Both the position numbers and the translations under genes were made by a program. DNA of 64,000 nucleotides from Trichoplax adhaerens (Eukaryota; Animalia; Placozoa). The stretch's first letter is position 1. The number at the start of each line of letters is the position of its first letter. The stretch lies in assembly GCF_000150275.1 (NCBI RefSeq), contig NW_002060967.1, positions 310,001 to 374,000 of the forward strand, written 5' to 3'. Shown here one piece after another: positions 43,116 to 55,994 of the stretch. The notes under the pieces are model-generated. The model did no database searches and was not told the origin of the DNA. It worked only from the letters and a program-made list of their open reading frames with translations.

Positions 43116-44109
43116 TAGAATAGAAATGCTGAAGCAAGCGTACTGCAGATTCAATTTTGCTTAACACTGAAGACTGGTGAGCAGTATTTCACGACTTGCT
43201 TCTGATTCATTCCGAAATCCAAAAACACAATTTCAGAGTGGAGAGTGTTTCTTTCTCGTATTCTGCACTGAAACATCGCCATCACTTATAGTCAGTCGTC
43301 GAATATCTACTGTACAGTAAATCAAAATCGCTACTGTAGCGTAGGCATGATGGAAGGTTCAATGATTCAGCGAAAACCGATTAAGCAGCCATGTTAGAGA
43401 TTGACACAAATGCATTGAGTAAGAAAATATTCCTTATTGTAGACTACAAGTGTGGGTTACCGTACAATTCAATTTTCCTACGATTTGATGGATAAAAGTG
43501 CTGCAAGTCAATTTACTCGCATTAATTGATTTTAGCCCTAGCTATTCTGCCTATTCAACTTCAGTCTACCATATTAATTACTGCACCTTGCATATAGCAC
43601 ATAAATACAGAAAGACAATTTAACATGTCTTCAAGCAGGACATTGATCCAAATCTGTTGAAATTCTATTCATTATCGTTGACTAGAGGATCATGTAGAAT
43701 TTACTTTGTCAATGAAATATCAATCCTTTCGGATAGTTGAACGAGTTTTAGAATGTCCCATGATATAAAAACATATGTAATTACATTTGCATGACTTAAG
43801 TACTTTTCTACTTCATAAACATGAATATTAACTGTCTAGGTTACGTTATCAATCAAGAAGTAGCAAAAAGAGAGAGAGAGCTGGTGTGAAGGCATAGCCT
43901 GGAGGTTAGCACATAATTTACCTTGAGCTAAAAGTATTCATGCTGTCTACCAATGTATTTTCCAACTGTACATAAGAATACTTTGCTTCAAGCCAATTTT
44001 GGAATCGCAACGACGGGATCATCATCTGTAAGTACAGCAAGTGCAGGGTATACGATATACTATATTTGTACCTCCTTTTTACAGATCAACATCAAATAGA
44101 AGACTGGCC

Positions 44110-44720
44110 GTAGATTATATGTAGAAAATCGAATCTACTGTATCAATATCAATATACGACTTTCCATCATTAACATGTAGAAAATACCAATCTACTATAC
44201 TGAATTTTATACATGTAATGTAGGGGAATCGTATATTGATGTGGATCCGAATAGAGTATAAATAACGTTTCGGATAACTCATCCGCGCCCAAATGCCCAT
44301 TCTGCGTTGAAAGCGCTATTATCAACATGAAGCATAAGATGATTTTGATTTTAGAAAATCCAATCTACTGTATCATTATCCATATACGACTCTTCATCAT
44401 TTACATGTATAAAATACCAATCTACTGTACTGAACTTTATACATGTTATGTAGGGGAGTTGTATATCGATGTTGATCCGAATAGAGTACAGTATAAATAA
44501 CGTTTCGGATAACCCATCTACGCCCAAGTACCCATTCTACGTTGAAAGCGCTTTCTAAACATGAGGCATAAGATGATTTTGATTTTAGAGTGAAGATACT
44601 CAAATTTAGACAATCTACATAACGTTTCGGATAGCCAATCGGCGCCGAAAATATCAATCTTGAGTTGAAAGCGCTGTATAGAACATGAAGCATAAGATGA
44701 TTTGGATTTTATACTTGATC
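44110..44720. repeat. Degenerate ~240-bp tandem repeat (~2.5 copies)
   Basis: aatctactgtatca...aaataccaatctact...taacgtttcggata...gttgaaagcgct...gcataagatgattt recur. Confidence 0.85.
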
Positions 44721-44759
44721 CGATTTTACACGCGTACGACTTGTGTTCTTGCGATCGCA

Positions 44760-46470
44760 TTGATAGAATTGGATATACACAACATCTGAACAGTATAGCC
44801 AGGGATTCTTCAGCTAGCCAACTTAGTCCATTTATTTCTGTATCTACCCTGGCATGTGCTAATCATCCATTTCTTGCTTGATGTTGATAAAATTGAAAGT
44901 TGATCTTTTGAGTATGTCAACATTGAAAACGTCCCAATGCACCAAGAAGTGATTGCCTTTTTTTGACAGAATTGGATACACCACGTCTGAACGGTATTGC
45001 CAAGGATTCTTCAGCTGCCAAACCTGGTCCATTTATATTACTGTTAGGCTTAGGGTTAGGGTACCTATACTGGCGTGTGCTAATCATCCAATTTTTGCTT
45101 CATATTGATAAAATTGAAAGTTGATCTTTGAGTATTTCAACATTGCAAATGTCCCAATGCACCAAGAAGTGATTGCCTTTTACAGAATTGGATACACCAC
45201 CTCTGAACGGTATTGCCAAGGATTCTTAAGCTGCCAAACCTGCTCCATTCATTTCTGTTAGGCTTAGGGTTAGGGTACCTACACTGGCATGTGCTAATCA
45301 TCCATTTCTTGCTTGATGTTGATAAAATTGAAAGTTGATCTTTTGAGTAGTTCAACATTGCAAATGTCCCAATGCACCAAGAAGTGGTTGCCTTTTACAG
45401 AATTGGATGCACCCCTAACCCTAACCTCTGAACGGTATTGCCAAGGATTCTTCAGCTGCCAAAGCTACTCCATTTATATTACTGTTAGGCTTAGGGTTAG
45501 GGTACCTACACTGGCATGTGCTAATCATCCATTTCTTGCTTGATGTTGATAAAATTGAAAGTTGATCTTTGAGTATGTCAACATTGAAAACGTCCCAATG
45601 CACCAAGAAGTGATTGCCTTTTTTTGACAGAATTGGATACACCACGTCTGAACGGTATTGCCAAGGATGGTCCATTCATTTCTGTTAGGCTTAGGGTTAG
45701 GGTACCTACATTGGCGTGTGCTAATCATCCAATTTTTGCTTCATATTGATAAAATTGAAAGTTGATCTTTGAGTAGTTCAACATTGAAAATGTCCCAATG
45801 CACCAAGAAGTGATTGCCTTTTACAGAATTGGATACACCACGTCTGAACGGTATTGCCAAGGATTCTTCAGCTGCCAAACCTGCTCCATTCATTTCTGTT
45901 AGGCTTAGGGTTAGGGTACCTACACTGGCATGTGCTAATCATCCATTTCTTGCTTGATGTTGATAAAATTGAAAGTTGATCTTTTGAGTAGTTCAACATT
46001 GCAAATGTCCCAATGCACCAAGAAGTGGTTGCCTTTTACAGAATTGGATGCACCCCTAACCCTAACCTCTGAACGGTATTGCCAAGGATTCTTCAGCTGC
46101 CAAAGCTACTCCATTTATATTACTGTTAGGCTTAGGGTTAGGGTACCTACACTGGCATGTGCTAATCATCCATTTCTTGCTTGATATTGATAAAATTGAA
46201 AGTTGATCTTTGAGTAGTTCAACATTGAAAATGTCCCAAGGCACCAAGAAGTGATTGCCTTTTACAGAATTGGATACACCACCTCTGAACGGTATTGCCA
46301 AGGATTCTTCAGCTGCCAAACCTGCTCCATTCATTTCTGTTAGGTTTAGGGTTAGGGTACCTACACTGGTGTGTGCTAATCATCCGTTTTTTGCTTAATT
46401 AATATTGATAAAATTAAAAGTTGATCTTTGAGTAGTTCAACATTGGAAATGTCCCAAGGCACCAAGAGTC
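44760..46470. repeat. ~216-bp tandem satellite (8 units) carrying TTAGGC-TTAGGG-TTAGGG
   Basis: agaattggat.cac at ~44765, 44968, 45184, 45399, 45629, 45825, 46040, 46265. ctgttaggcttagggttagggtacc is in 7 units (tttagg variant in the last). A 641-bp higher-order repeat is shown by identical ORFs at 45313 and 45954. Confidence 0.95.
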
Positions 46471-46770
46471 TCCGACTGGCTAAAACCACGTGGAGAATGC
46501 TTCCATTCATGGGGTTGTGCGCGAATGGGGGTTAATGCTACGGTCAGTAGCCATAGACTTACGTATCGTCCGTATCATACCGCCTCAACGATTCGTATGC
46601 GGTATCCTACTGTACGTCTTGAACTAGTGCTGTGGGGAAATTTTTTCGACATTGCAGTGACTGGTTGCAAAAGTTCACTGTGAAAAAGTTTTCTCGATAT
46701 TGACTGGAAAGGGCTCGCCATTTCTCACCAAGATTGATGGTTTTGGCTGTATTGGGTGGCAATCCACTAG
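46470..46770 (+). promoter_or_regulatory. Putative SETDB1 promoter/5'UTR: unique, GC-richer island between two arrays
   Basis: Only non-repetitive stretch directly before the inferred start codon at 46771; contains an E-box ccacgtgg and a small ataccgc/gcggtat inverted repeat. Positional inference only. Confidence 0.4.
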
Positions 46771-49700
46771 ATGAAAATGGACAGTGAAGAATTTGTTATG
46801 ACGATGTAAGTTTTGAATGCATTGCAGTAACTTGTAGTTGTTGATTGAAAAGGCCGCAAGACGTAAACAGAATGTCTTGTAAGAAAAAAAGAACTCTTGG
46901 TTCTGGTATTGCAAATTAAATTTCCATTCAAGGATATGGAATTCATCTATAGTACAGTAGTGAAGAATTCGTTATGACGATGTAAGTTTTAAATGCATTA
47001 CAGTAACTTGTAGTTGTCGATTGAAAAGGCCGCAAGACGTAAACAAAATGTCTTGTAAGAAAAAAAGGACTCTTGGTTCTGGTATTGCAAATTAAATTTC
47101 CATTCAAAGATATGGAATTCATCTATAGTACAGTAGTGAAGAATTCGTTATGACGATGTAAGTTTTAAATGCATTACAGTAACTTGTAGTTGTCGATTGA
47201 AAAGGCCGCAAGACGTAAACAAAATGTCTTGTAAGAAAAAAAGGACTCTTGGTTCTGGTATTGCAAATTAAATTTCCATTCAAGGATATGGAATTCATCT
47301 ATAGTACAGTAGTGAAGAATTCGTTATGACGATGTAAGTTTTAAATGCATTACAGTAACTTGTAGTTGTCGATTGAAAAGGCCGCAAGACGTAAACAAAA
47401 TGTCTTGTAAGAAAAAAAGGACTCTTGGTTCTGGTATTGCAAATTAAATTTCCATTCAGTGATATGGAATTCATCTGCAGTACAGTAGTGAAGAATTCGT
47501 TATGACGATGTAAGTTTTAAATGCATTACAGTAACTTGGTAGTTGTCGATTGAAAACGCTGCAAAACGTAAACAAAATATCTTGTAAGAAAAAAAGAACT
47601 CTTGGTTCTAGTATTGAAAATTAAATTTCCATTCAAGGATATGGAATTCATCTATAGTACAGTAGTGAAGAATTCGTTATGACGATGTAAGTCTTTCATG
47701 CATTACAGTAACTTATTGAAAACGCTGCAAAACGTAAACAAAATATCTTGTAAGAAAAAAAGAACTCTTGGTTCTAGTATTGAAAATTAAATTTCCATTC
47801 AAGGATATGGAATTCATCTATAGTACAGTAGTGAAGAATTCGTTATGACGATGTAAGTCTTTCATGCATTACAGTAACTTGGTAGTTGTCGATTGAAAAC
47901 GCCACAAAACGTAAACAAAATATCTTGTAAGAAAAAAAAAACTCTTGGTTCTGCTATTGCAAATTAAATTTCCATTCAAGGATATGGAATTCATCTGCAG
48001 TACCTCGAGGTTCATACGAAAACCATGAGTACTGGTAATGCAAAGGTCGGTTAGCATTGGTTCTACGTTAAATGTATTCTTGAAAATGGCCAATTTCGAC
48101 TATTTATCAAGCAGCGAATACTGCTTGGATTTTTCATCAACAAACAACACCATAGACTACTTACCAATCAATCGTACATAAACGCGCTACTGTAGTAAAT
48201 GCACCGGTATATCTTGTGCTAAAGTCCATCCTACAATATTATCTCGTGCTCAAGTCCATCATACTGTATTACTATTGCATACAACATTGCAATAATCAAG
48301 TTGCTGATGACTATGGTCGATTCACTACATACTTCCCCCCAAAAAGCAGCAAATACTGCTTAGGTTTTTCATCAACAAACAATCCCAAACGTGCTACGAC
48401 TATAGCAGATGCAGCGGTATATCCTGTATCTCGTGCTCAAGTCCATCATACTGTATTACTATTGCATACAACATTGCAATAATCAAGTTGTTGATGACTA
48501 CAGTCGATTCATTACGCACTTAGACGATAGGTAAATAAATATTGCATCAACTTGACCCAAATACTTCTTGATAGATGCTTGTAAAAGATTAGACATCTTG
48601 GAATTGTAGCCAAAAATTGAATGGAAATCCTATTGTCACCATGGAATAAGCTTATGCATGATGATGGAATGTTACTACAGTTCATTACTGCTTTAATGAA
48701 CATACAGTATACTGCAGGACGTACAAATGCAGTAAATAAACTAATGTCTCGTGTAAAAATAAGTTGAAGTGAACGATATTAAGCAGGTTTCAATGCTAAC
48801 TTCCTATTCCTTCACTTTTACGTTGAAAGGCCATCATGAAAAGCATTTTTTGGACCGCCATAAGTATATTGTTGCACGTCAATAACTACTACAGTATTTC
48901 GGTCAAAGCTCCTCTTATAGTAAAAAAATTGGACAACATCAAATTGAACCAAAATGAACTCTACGATGAGTCAGTTTGTAGTGTGTTACGAGTAGACATC
49001 ACTGCTTCAATTGATTTATCGACGCAATGTAATGTACAAATGATCTATCTAGATCTTGTTATTCTATCAGCGATGTTCTCCATGACTAACTGCTACTTAC
49101 TCTATCTTCGTCTTCGTATGTATCGTTACGACTAGTGAAAAATCTCTTACAACAATCAACAAAGATGACTGCAAGATTTTGGACCAATTTAGTGGTAATC
49201 CACTTACAATACGTTGGATACTAGGCATACGTGTATTGATTTCTTCTACAGAACGTACCATTGCAAGAATTAAAATTGATCTTAGACTAATAATGTTCTT
49301 CCTCGGATATTCGATTGAATTGATAGATCGTCGACGATCGTGTACCACTTTCTTACAGGGATTAATAAATGTTGTACGCAATTCGATAGACACCGGTAAT
49401 GAAAGTCCTATAGTTTTGGAACCGACGAGGTAAAATCGTTTGTCCTCAGACCGTAATATTATTATCGATCACCGATTATTATATTCTTTCCAATATATGA
49501 AGCGTTTCTGGTTCGCAAAGAGTTTGCTACATAATAATTTAATTTGTATATTGTAGTAGTAAGGCTGATAATAATAAAAATCAAGTAATTGAAGTCGAAA
49601 GCTGCCAAAATTCAGATGATTCCAAAGTAATAATTCAACAAAAGATTAAAATGCTACAAGCATCCGATAGGTAACGTTAAAATCTGTTCAAGAGTTTACA

Positions 49701-52700
49701 GTTGTACATCCGATACTATAGTAGTCATACTATACAAGGCATTCAATTTTCGTCTTGCTAATGTGCAACTTCGCTTAATTACTGTCTACTAATATGATAG
49801 GTCAAAGAGCGTGATAGTTCCTGAAGAAGATAGTAAATTAAACGTAAAGAATGAATTCGCTAAGCGAGAATATCCTGTGAAAGAAGAATTTTCAAAGAGG
49901 TAGCGTGCAGTCACTTTTATTAATGCTTGTCACAGTATGTAAATATTGTAATCTAGACAGAATTTGATATGTATGCAGATTAGAAATGAATTAATACTGT
50001 ACTGTACACAGTATTAGTCAAAACCTTTCTTGCCGAAATTTCGATTATTTTGATAATCATCAGGTAGTAACTACGCTAACCTATTATACAATCTAATCTT
50101 TAGAAAACAGTCTTGTTTCGATTGTCTGAATTTACGTACATGCAGTCTTTTATCTAAAATGTGATTTGAACTTTTATCGATTTTAATCAATCATAACTGC
50201 AAATAATGAAGCTACGTATATCCAGTCATGATCAAAATTAGAGTTTGCATTACTTCAAAATTTGTAGATCTGTTTCGGATCAGGATTATAAAATCTCCTA
50301 AAATGTGAAAATTCCTACTACATATTTAACTTGTCGTCGATGTAGAGTAACAATTATAAGAGTTAGTATTATTTCACAACATGCAGTTCATTAACACTCG
50401 TCATATTTTACAATCGTGTTAGTATTGCTCTCACTCAGCTTACTACAGTGCAGTACACGCAACTTAAAAGAGTTTATATTCGTTTTAATTGAGATGATCA
50501 TCTTGTTGATTGACAATTATCAATTTGCCATCTTGATCTTGCTACTTTAAATCGACACGAAGGTAATATTCGATTAATATGAATATAGTGTACGGATAAT
50601 ATTATACACGTATTCGATTGAAAAATTTTGCGATTAACTGGAGGTCTTATTTCTGTGTAGAGCACGATACCCGAGAAGACAGTTTGTATATGCTAGGCCT
50701 GCAGATGAACATTGGTGGTATAAATGTTGGTTAATAGCTCTTTCTTTTAATTACGTTAACTCTAAAGAAAATTGAAACACCTACTTTTAAATCATCATTG
50801 ATATCCGTATAGCTTAAGAATAGCTGCGCTTACAATGTCGGTCTACAATGCATTTTGAAACTTTATTCATAGGTTCAATCAACAACGTTACAAAGGATCA
50901 AAATGGACATGTAAATGGATATCGTGCTAATGATTTAGATTTGCACTGTATTTACCAGTATATAATTGATTAAAGTTGATAGATTTCACTTTTAATGCTC
51001 ATAATCCTTTAGAATATATCTAAACATGATATTGGTAATTTTATTTTACTATTAGCCGTTGCTTACCTTGTTATATATTTATTGTTTCCTGATAACATTG
51101 GATAAATTATTCAGCCAATTACATATGAATTGAAATCATTAAAAAAGAGAAAGATTGTCATTACTGAACAACATCATATTGCGCACGATACTATCCCTCT
51201 AAGATCAGAATTAAGAATCGGTTTGCGAATTATAGGTATGATGAAATTTAACTAGCTACAGCTTAAATATTGACCTATCAGGCTATAAATTGCCCATTGG
51301 TTTATTATAATAATGAATGCGGTCACTTCACCCATTATTGACCCGATATGAAATCGAAACTTTGATAATATAGGAAATAATGTCTAATTACATTCTATAT
51401 TTAACGCAAGATAGACTGACGGCTTCCCATGACATATATAATTAACAATTTTGTGTATTTTAATATGCAGGACTTTTATCATATATCAGTAGGGTCTCAC
51501 TTTTATTCTTTATTCCAGCGTTTTACGGCATAATCAAAAAATATAAAGGTGGCCTTATCGCTGAGGTGCCATCAGAATCCAATAATGACAGGTATATAGT
51601 ATTTTACTAATACATTATCTTACGGTACCCATTACTGTTAGCTTTAAGAAAATAGCAGATATAATCAGAAATCAACATATCAACGGTGATGCGTTATGGT
51701 GACGATATTATTACTTTAGATATTTAATATTCTTTGATGATGGTTTCGTATCGTATTTACACGAAGATAAAATACGAATTGTATGGGATCAAAGCAATAA
51801 ATTTTGGTCAGACTTAGATAGTGTGACTCGAAGTTTTTTTCAAGAATATTTAACCAAATACCCAGATGTAAGTAAAGTATATCAGTTACAAATTATGCTG
51901 GTTAGCATAAATGATACGTTTAGTTGAATGTATAACTTTGAAATAGTTTCCATTAAAAGAATTTAGGCTTAAACAGTCAGTAATTGTCGAGTGGAAAGGC
52001 TATTGGTGGGACGCTATTATACATTCCCTAGATTGTAGTTTGGTAGAGGTAAGAGTGCTTTATGTGCTTAAAAATTTTACTGGTATGACAAGTGCACTCG
52101 ACTTTAGCTATATCTATAATATGAACTACTCTCGAGTTTTTTGAATGGTACAGGAATAAGTAGGATTGTATCGTTCAAACTTTGGATGATCTTCATTTGT
52201 TTTGCTCACTCATGTCAGGTTATGTTTCTAACCGATAAGAAAACAGAGGTGTTATATCGCGGTACACCTAGAATTGATTTCGCTGATGAGGAAAGCAGTT
52301 CTCCAATTAGCGTACGTAATATAGTGATACGGTTTACATGTAAACAGACATTGAGCATTACGTTGATAGCGTAATCGCGAAATATAGGCCTTAAATATAT
52401 TAACTTAATTTCATAATTACTGAAATAAAATGTATTTAGACAAAAGAAAATAGATTTTTCCTTGTTTATTTATACTTATTAGCTTATATAATTTTACCAA
52501 TTGCGTGCATTGATTTTGTAACCAGTAAAGTATTGAACAATATTTCAGATCAACGATAGTGAAGAATGTATGGAAGAAGCCCTTACAGATCATAATTATC
52601 ATGATCTCGATTTCGGTAGCATGAACTCAGGCTATCTGAAGAAAAAGAAAATTAACACTCGTCAACATCAGTGCACAATTGCATGCGGAAGAATCGAAGT

Positions 52701-55700
52701 ACCGGATTTACCTACTCAAGTTTGCAACCCACTGCTGATCCCTGAAAAACTTGGATGGACTAGGTTATTTAAATTCTAAATTATGCCTTGCTTTCACAGT
52801 TTGTATAAAAATTGATCAAATTTTTTTGTAACTTCAAATAATTTATAAGATGATGATTTTACGAATGATCTACTGTGCTTATTTTTTATATAGAAAACCT
52901 ATTAAAGGAAGGCGATTTGAGGACCAGTCATATTATTATATTGCTCCATGCTCAAGGAAACTAGTAAGTTACAAAATTCATTATTATTAATTTTGAACAG
53001 GGTCTTAATCATTGACTCTTGTGCTTTATCAGACAGACTTGACGGAAATTAACAACTACTGTAAGTAGCAGATAGTGCTATCCTGGTCAAACATACGGTA
53101 GCTCTGCATTGCATTCACGTCAGATTAAAAAATAAAATTGACATTTAAATTTATATACACTTTGCAGTAATATTGACTAAAACTAAGAACGTCTCGATCG
53201 ACCATTTTGCGGTGGAAAGTATCACAATTTCAAATAACTCATTTGTACCTGGAAAGGTAACTCATTCTTAGATTCTGTGATAATCACAATTTTTTTATGC
53301 AATCATCTGCCTATCAATATATTGCATAACTTATGTTTGAAGGTGTTTGTTGTTACTGTTCCTACCTACCGCTAGTTTTTATCGGAAAATTTGATATTTG
53401 CTGTTGTACGGATAGTAATATATTAAATAATATAATTAAGGTCAAGATTGATCAATCTACTTTAAAATTCTGCAGGATCCGTTTTATTATTGCGTCGATA
53501 TAACTAACGGTTTGGAACGGGTGCCGATTTCGGTAAACTAAATCAGTTATGCTAAATACCTTGATGATATGTTTTCAATGATAACTGCATTTTTCTTATC
53601 AATTTAGTGCATGAATGAATCCGATATCACCCAAGTCTCGGAGTCATTTACTTATATCGCTGACAGTATTTGTATTGATGGACTAGAAATTCCGTCCGAT
53701 CCTGATTTTATGGTTTGCTGCAACTGTAAGGATAATTGTTTAGTAAGTAAGAATGGAGATTTTTTGGGTAATAAGGCTCTGTCGAGATAGTATACTTATT
53801 TTTAATTTTTTTAATTTTAGGATAAAACTAAGTGTGAGTGTCAACGATTGACATATACAAGTAATGCTGCTGTATTTGGTAGATCGACACATTCAGTTGG
53901 ATATGAACTAAAGAGACTTGCCGCACGTGTTTTGACTGGGTTTGTAAGAGTTTGTAGTGCGTATGCTATAATATCATACAGATGAAAACCTTTGCTTTGT
54001 TTAATAATATACATTAAATTTTCGCAATTGTTGTATCTTGTTAAAAAAGTGAATGATGCATGATAGTATTTACATTTAAAATTGTCTAGTTTATATCAGA
54101 AGATGCCTAATAGCTCTATGATAGTACCACAACTGTCTTCTATTACTACCTAAAATATACATTCAATCAATCGTATAACGTTTGTAGTACCGATGTCTTG
54201 CTGCATGGGTAATTTTATTATTATTTTTTTATTATAGAATTTATGAATGTAATCCACGATGTACTTGCAAGAGAAATAAAGCCGGGCAATGCTATAACTC
54301 TGTTGTTCAAAATGGAATTCAGCATCGACTACAGGTTTTTATGACAACCAAGAAAGGGTGGGGTGTTCGAACGTTAGATGATATTCCAAAAGGAGCTTTT
54401 GTATCGATGTATGCTGGTGTTGTAATTACTGAACAAGAAGCTCAACGTGTCAGTAGCATTTTGATTTTGATTTCATTACGCTTGAAGGCATAATGCATAC
54501 ACCTGCGAAATAATTCATATTACGTTTTGCTATTGCATCCTGTTATTAACAGAGAGGAGTTAAGCATGACGATCAATATTATGCGGAATTGGATCTTATC
54601 GGTTAGTAACATTTTCAACGACAGCAAACTCTCTTGAGATAAAGTTAATTTTATCTTAAGTGAAATTTGATGCTTTCATCATAAGCGTCTTTAATAAATT
54701 AATTTATTTGAACTCAGAAATGATCATTGGATCACAAGAGGCTAAGAAATCGAAAGATTGTAGATCTTCAAAAGAAGAGAACAATAAAAAATCGAACAAA
54801 AATAAGTAAATCTTGCTTTCTTGTGATCTTTGAGTACTTTTTATAGAAAATGTATCAATACGAATTTTACCTAGATAATGTAATCAATATGATGTGAATT
54901 TTTTTTAGAACATCGAGTAAAGAAGATTTAGAAAATTGTAGCGATAATTTATCGGACCAGTACAATCGGTCTTACTCAGAAAAGGATGCTACTTCCAATT
55001 GGTTTGTGTATGGTTGTTGTTACTAGATATTTATTAACTAGTCTACAACTGAAGTCATGATATGTGCATAGAATAGCATAGCTTAGAATTCTATTACAAT
55101 CTGATAACCAGGGATCACCATATTCATAGACGTTATAAAACTACTACTAAGAGTGACGATCCTTTTATATCGTCAGCTATGGTTGATTTGACATGGTATA
55201 CTTTAATGTAACGTACCATATAAGGTTGAACAGTAGTCACTCGTACTTTGAATGACATAGCTTTATCATAGTTTTGAAGATGTGGTGTCTACGTCAGAAG
55301 AAAATCGGCAGAACAGCATTGAATATTATCATGATAGCTTATCGGAAAAATTATTCGATGTTGAAGGTATTATAGCATAATTCTATCAAGTGTCCAATTC
55401 CAGCGATAAATTCTACGTATATGTTGAGGTATATTATCTTTAATTAGTCTCAGACGATGAAGATAGAACTACGATTGGCAAAACTGTAGAAATAGAAGGT
55501 GAAGAATTTAGACAATTACATGGTGGCTCATCGGAACCCTTCATCGTTGATTCTAAAAGAATTGGCAACATAGGAAGATTTTATAACGTAAATTAAAATT
55601 TTGAGTAATAGTGCTGGAATAAGCTTTGTTCAGATATTATTGAACGATATGTATCTCGAAGAGCTTGAATTCTATGTAGTATCTCATTATGATTGAACTT

Positions 55701-55994
55701 TTATAACAGCATAGCTGTGATCCGAATATGTTTGTTCAGAATGTTTTTTGGAAAACACAAGATTTAAGATTTCCGACGTTGTCGTTCTTTACGTTAAGGT
55801 AATGGTATTGGCTAGTTATAAGTGATGATGGTGTCTTTTAAATTGATTTTATGATGGCTTTTAATATCATGGATAGATCTATTCCGGCTGGTAGTGAATT
55901 GACTTGGGATTATGGCTATGAAATGGGAAGTGTTGAGGGAAAAGTCAAATATTGCTTTTGTGGTGCTAGTAATTGCCGGAAAAGGCTGTATTAG
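46771..55994 (+). CDS. SETDB1: SETDB1/eggless-like histone H3K9 methyltransferase (triple Tudor, MBD, pre-SET, bifurcated SET, post-SET)
   Basis: Tudor exons 51115-51235, 51519-51591, 51720-51867 ([12 protein letters not shown]), 51947-52048 ([10 protein letters not shown]), 52219-52311 (LYRGTPRI). [16 protein letters not shown]...YIAPC; pre-[27 protein letters not shown]; [20 protein letters not shown]...[14 protein letters not shown]...ELTWDYGY; post-[16 protein letters not shown] (stop 55992-55994). The 5' exons 46771-46805, 48895-48969, 49136-49429, 49557-49670, 49801-49899 and 50661- rest only on splice signals and phase-2 compatibility, so the 5' end is less sure. Confidence 0.9.
46780..48000. 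repeat. 176-bp tandem array (7 units) overlapping the inferred SETDB1 exon1/intron1 junction
   Basis: gtgaagaatt.gttatgacgatgtaagt at ~46783, 46960, 47136, 47312, 47488, 47665, 47831. Confidence 0.95.
48110..48515. repeat. Local duplication (2 copies)
   Basis: agcagc.aatactgctt...ttttcatcaacaaacaa at 48110/48346; atctcgtgctcaagtccatcatactgtattactattgcatacaacattgcaataatcaagttg at 48241/48428. Confidence 0.85.

Noticed and set aside
43340-44035. Exon-like fragments with AG/GTAAGT boundaries between arrays
   Set aside because: In-frame stops in the frames I read and no recognisable protein.
45413-45426. CTAACCCTAAC matches the vertebrate telomerase RNA template
   Set aside because: It lies within a tandem satellite, occurs in only two derived units, and I see no pseudoknot or H/ACA context.
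41803-46334. Repeated short ORFs (e.g. 41803, 42012, 42223, 45313, 45954)
   Set aside because: Translations of satellite units; unit indels break frame and many begin at non-ATG codons.
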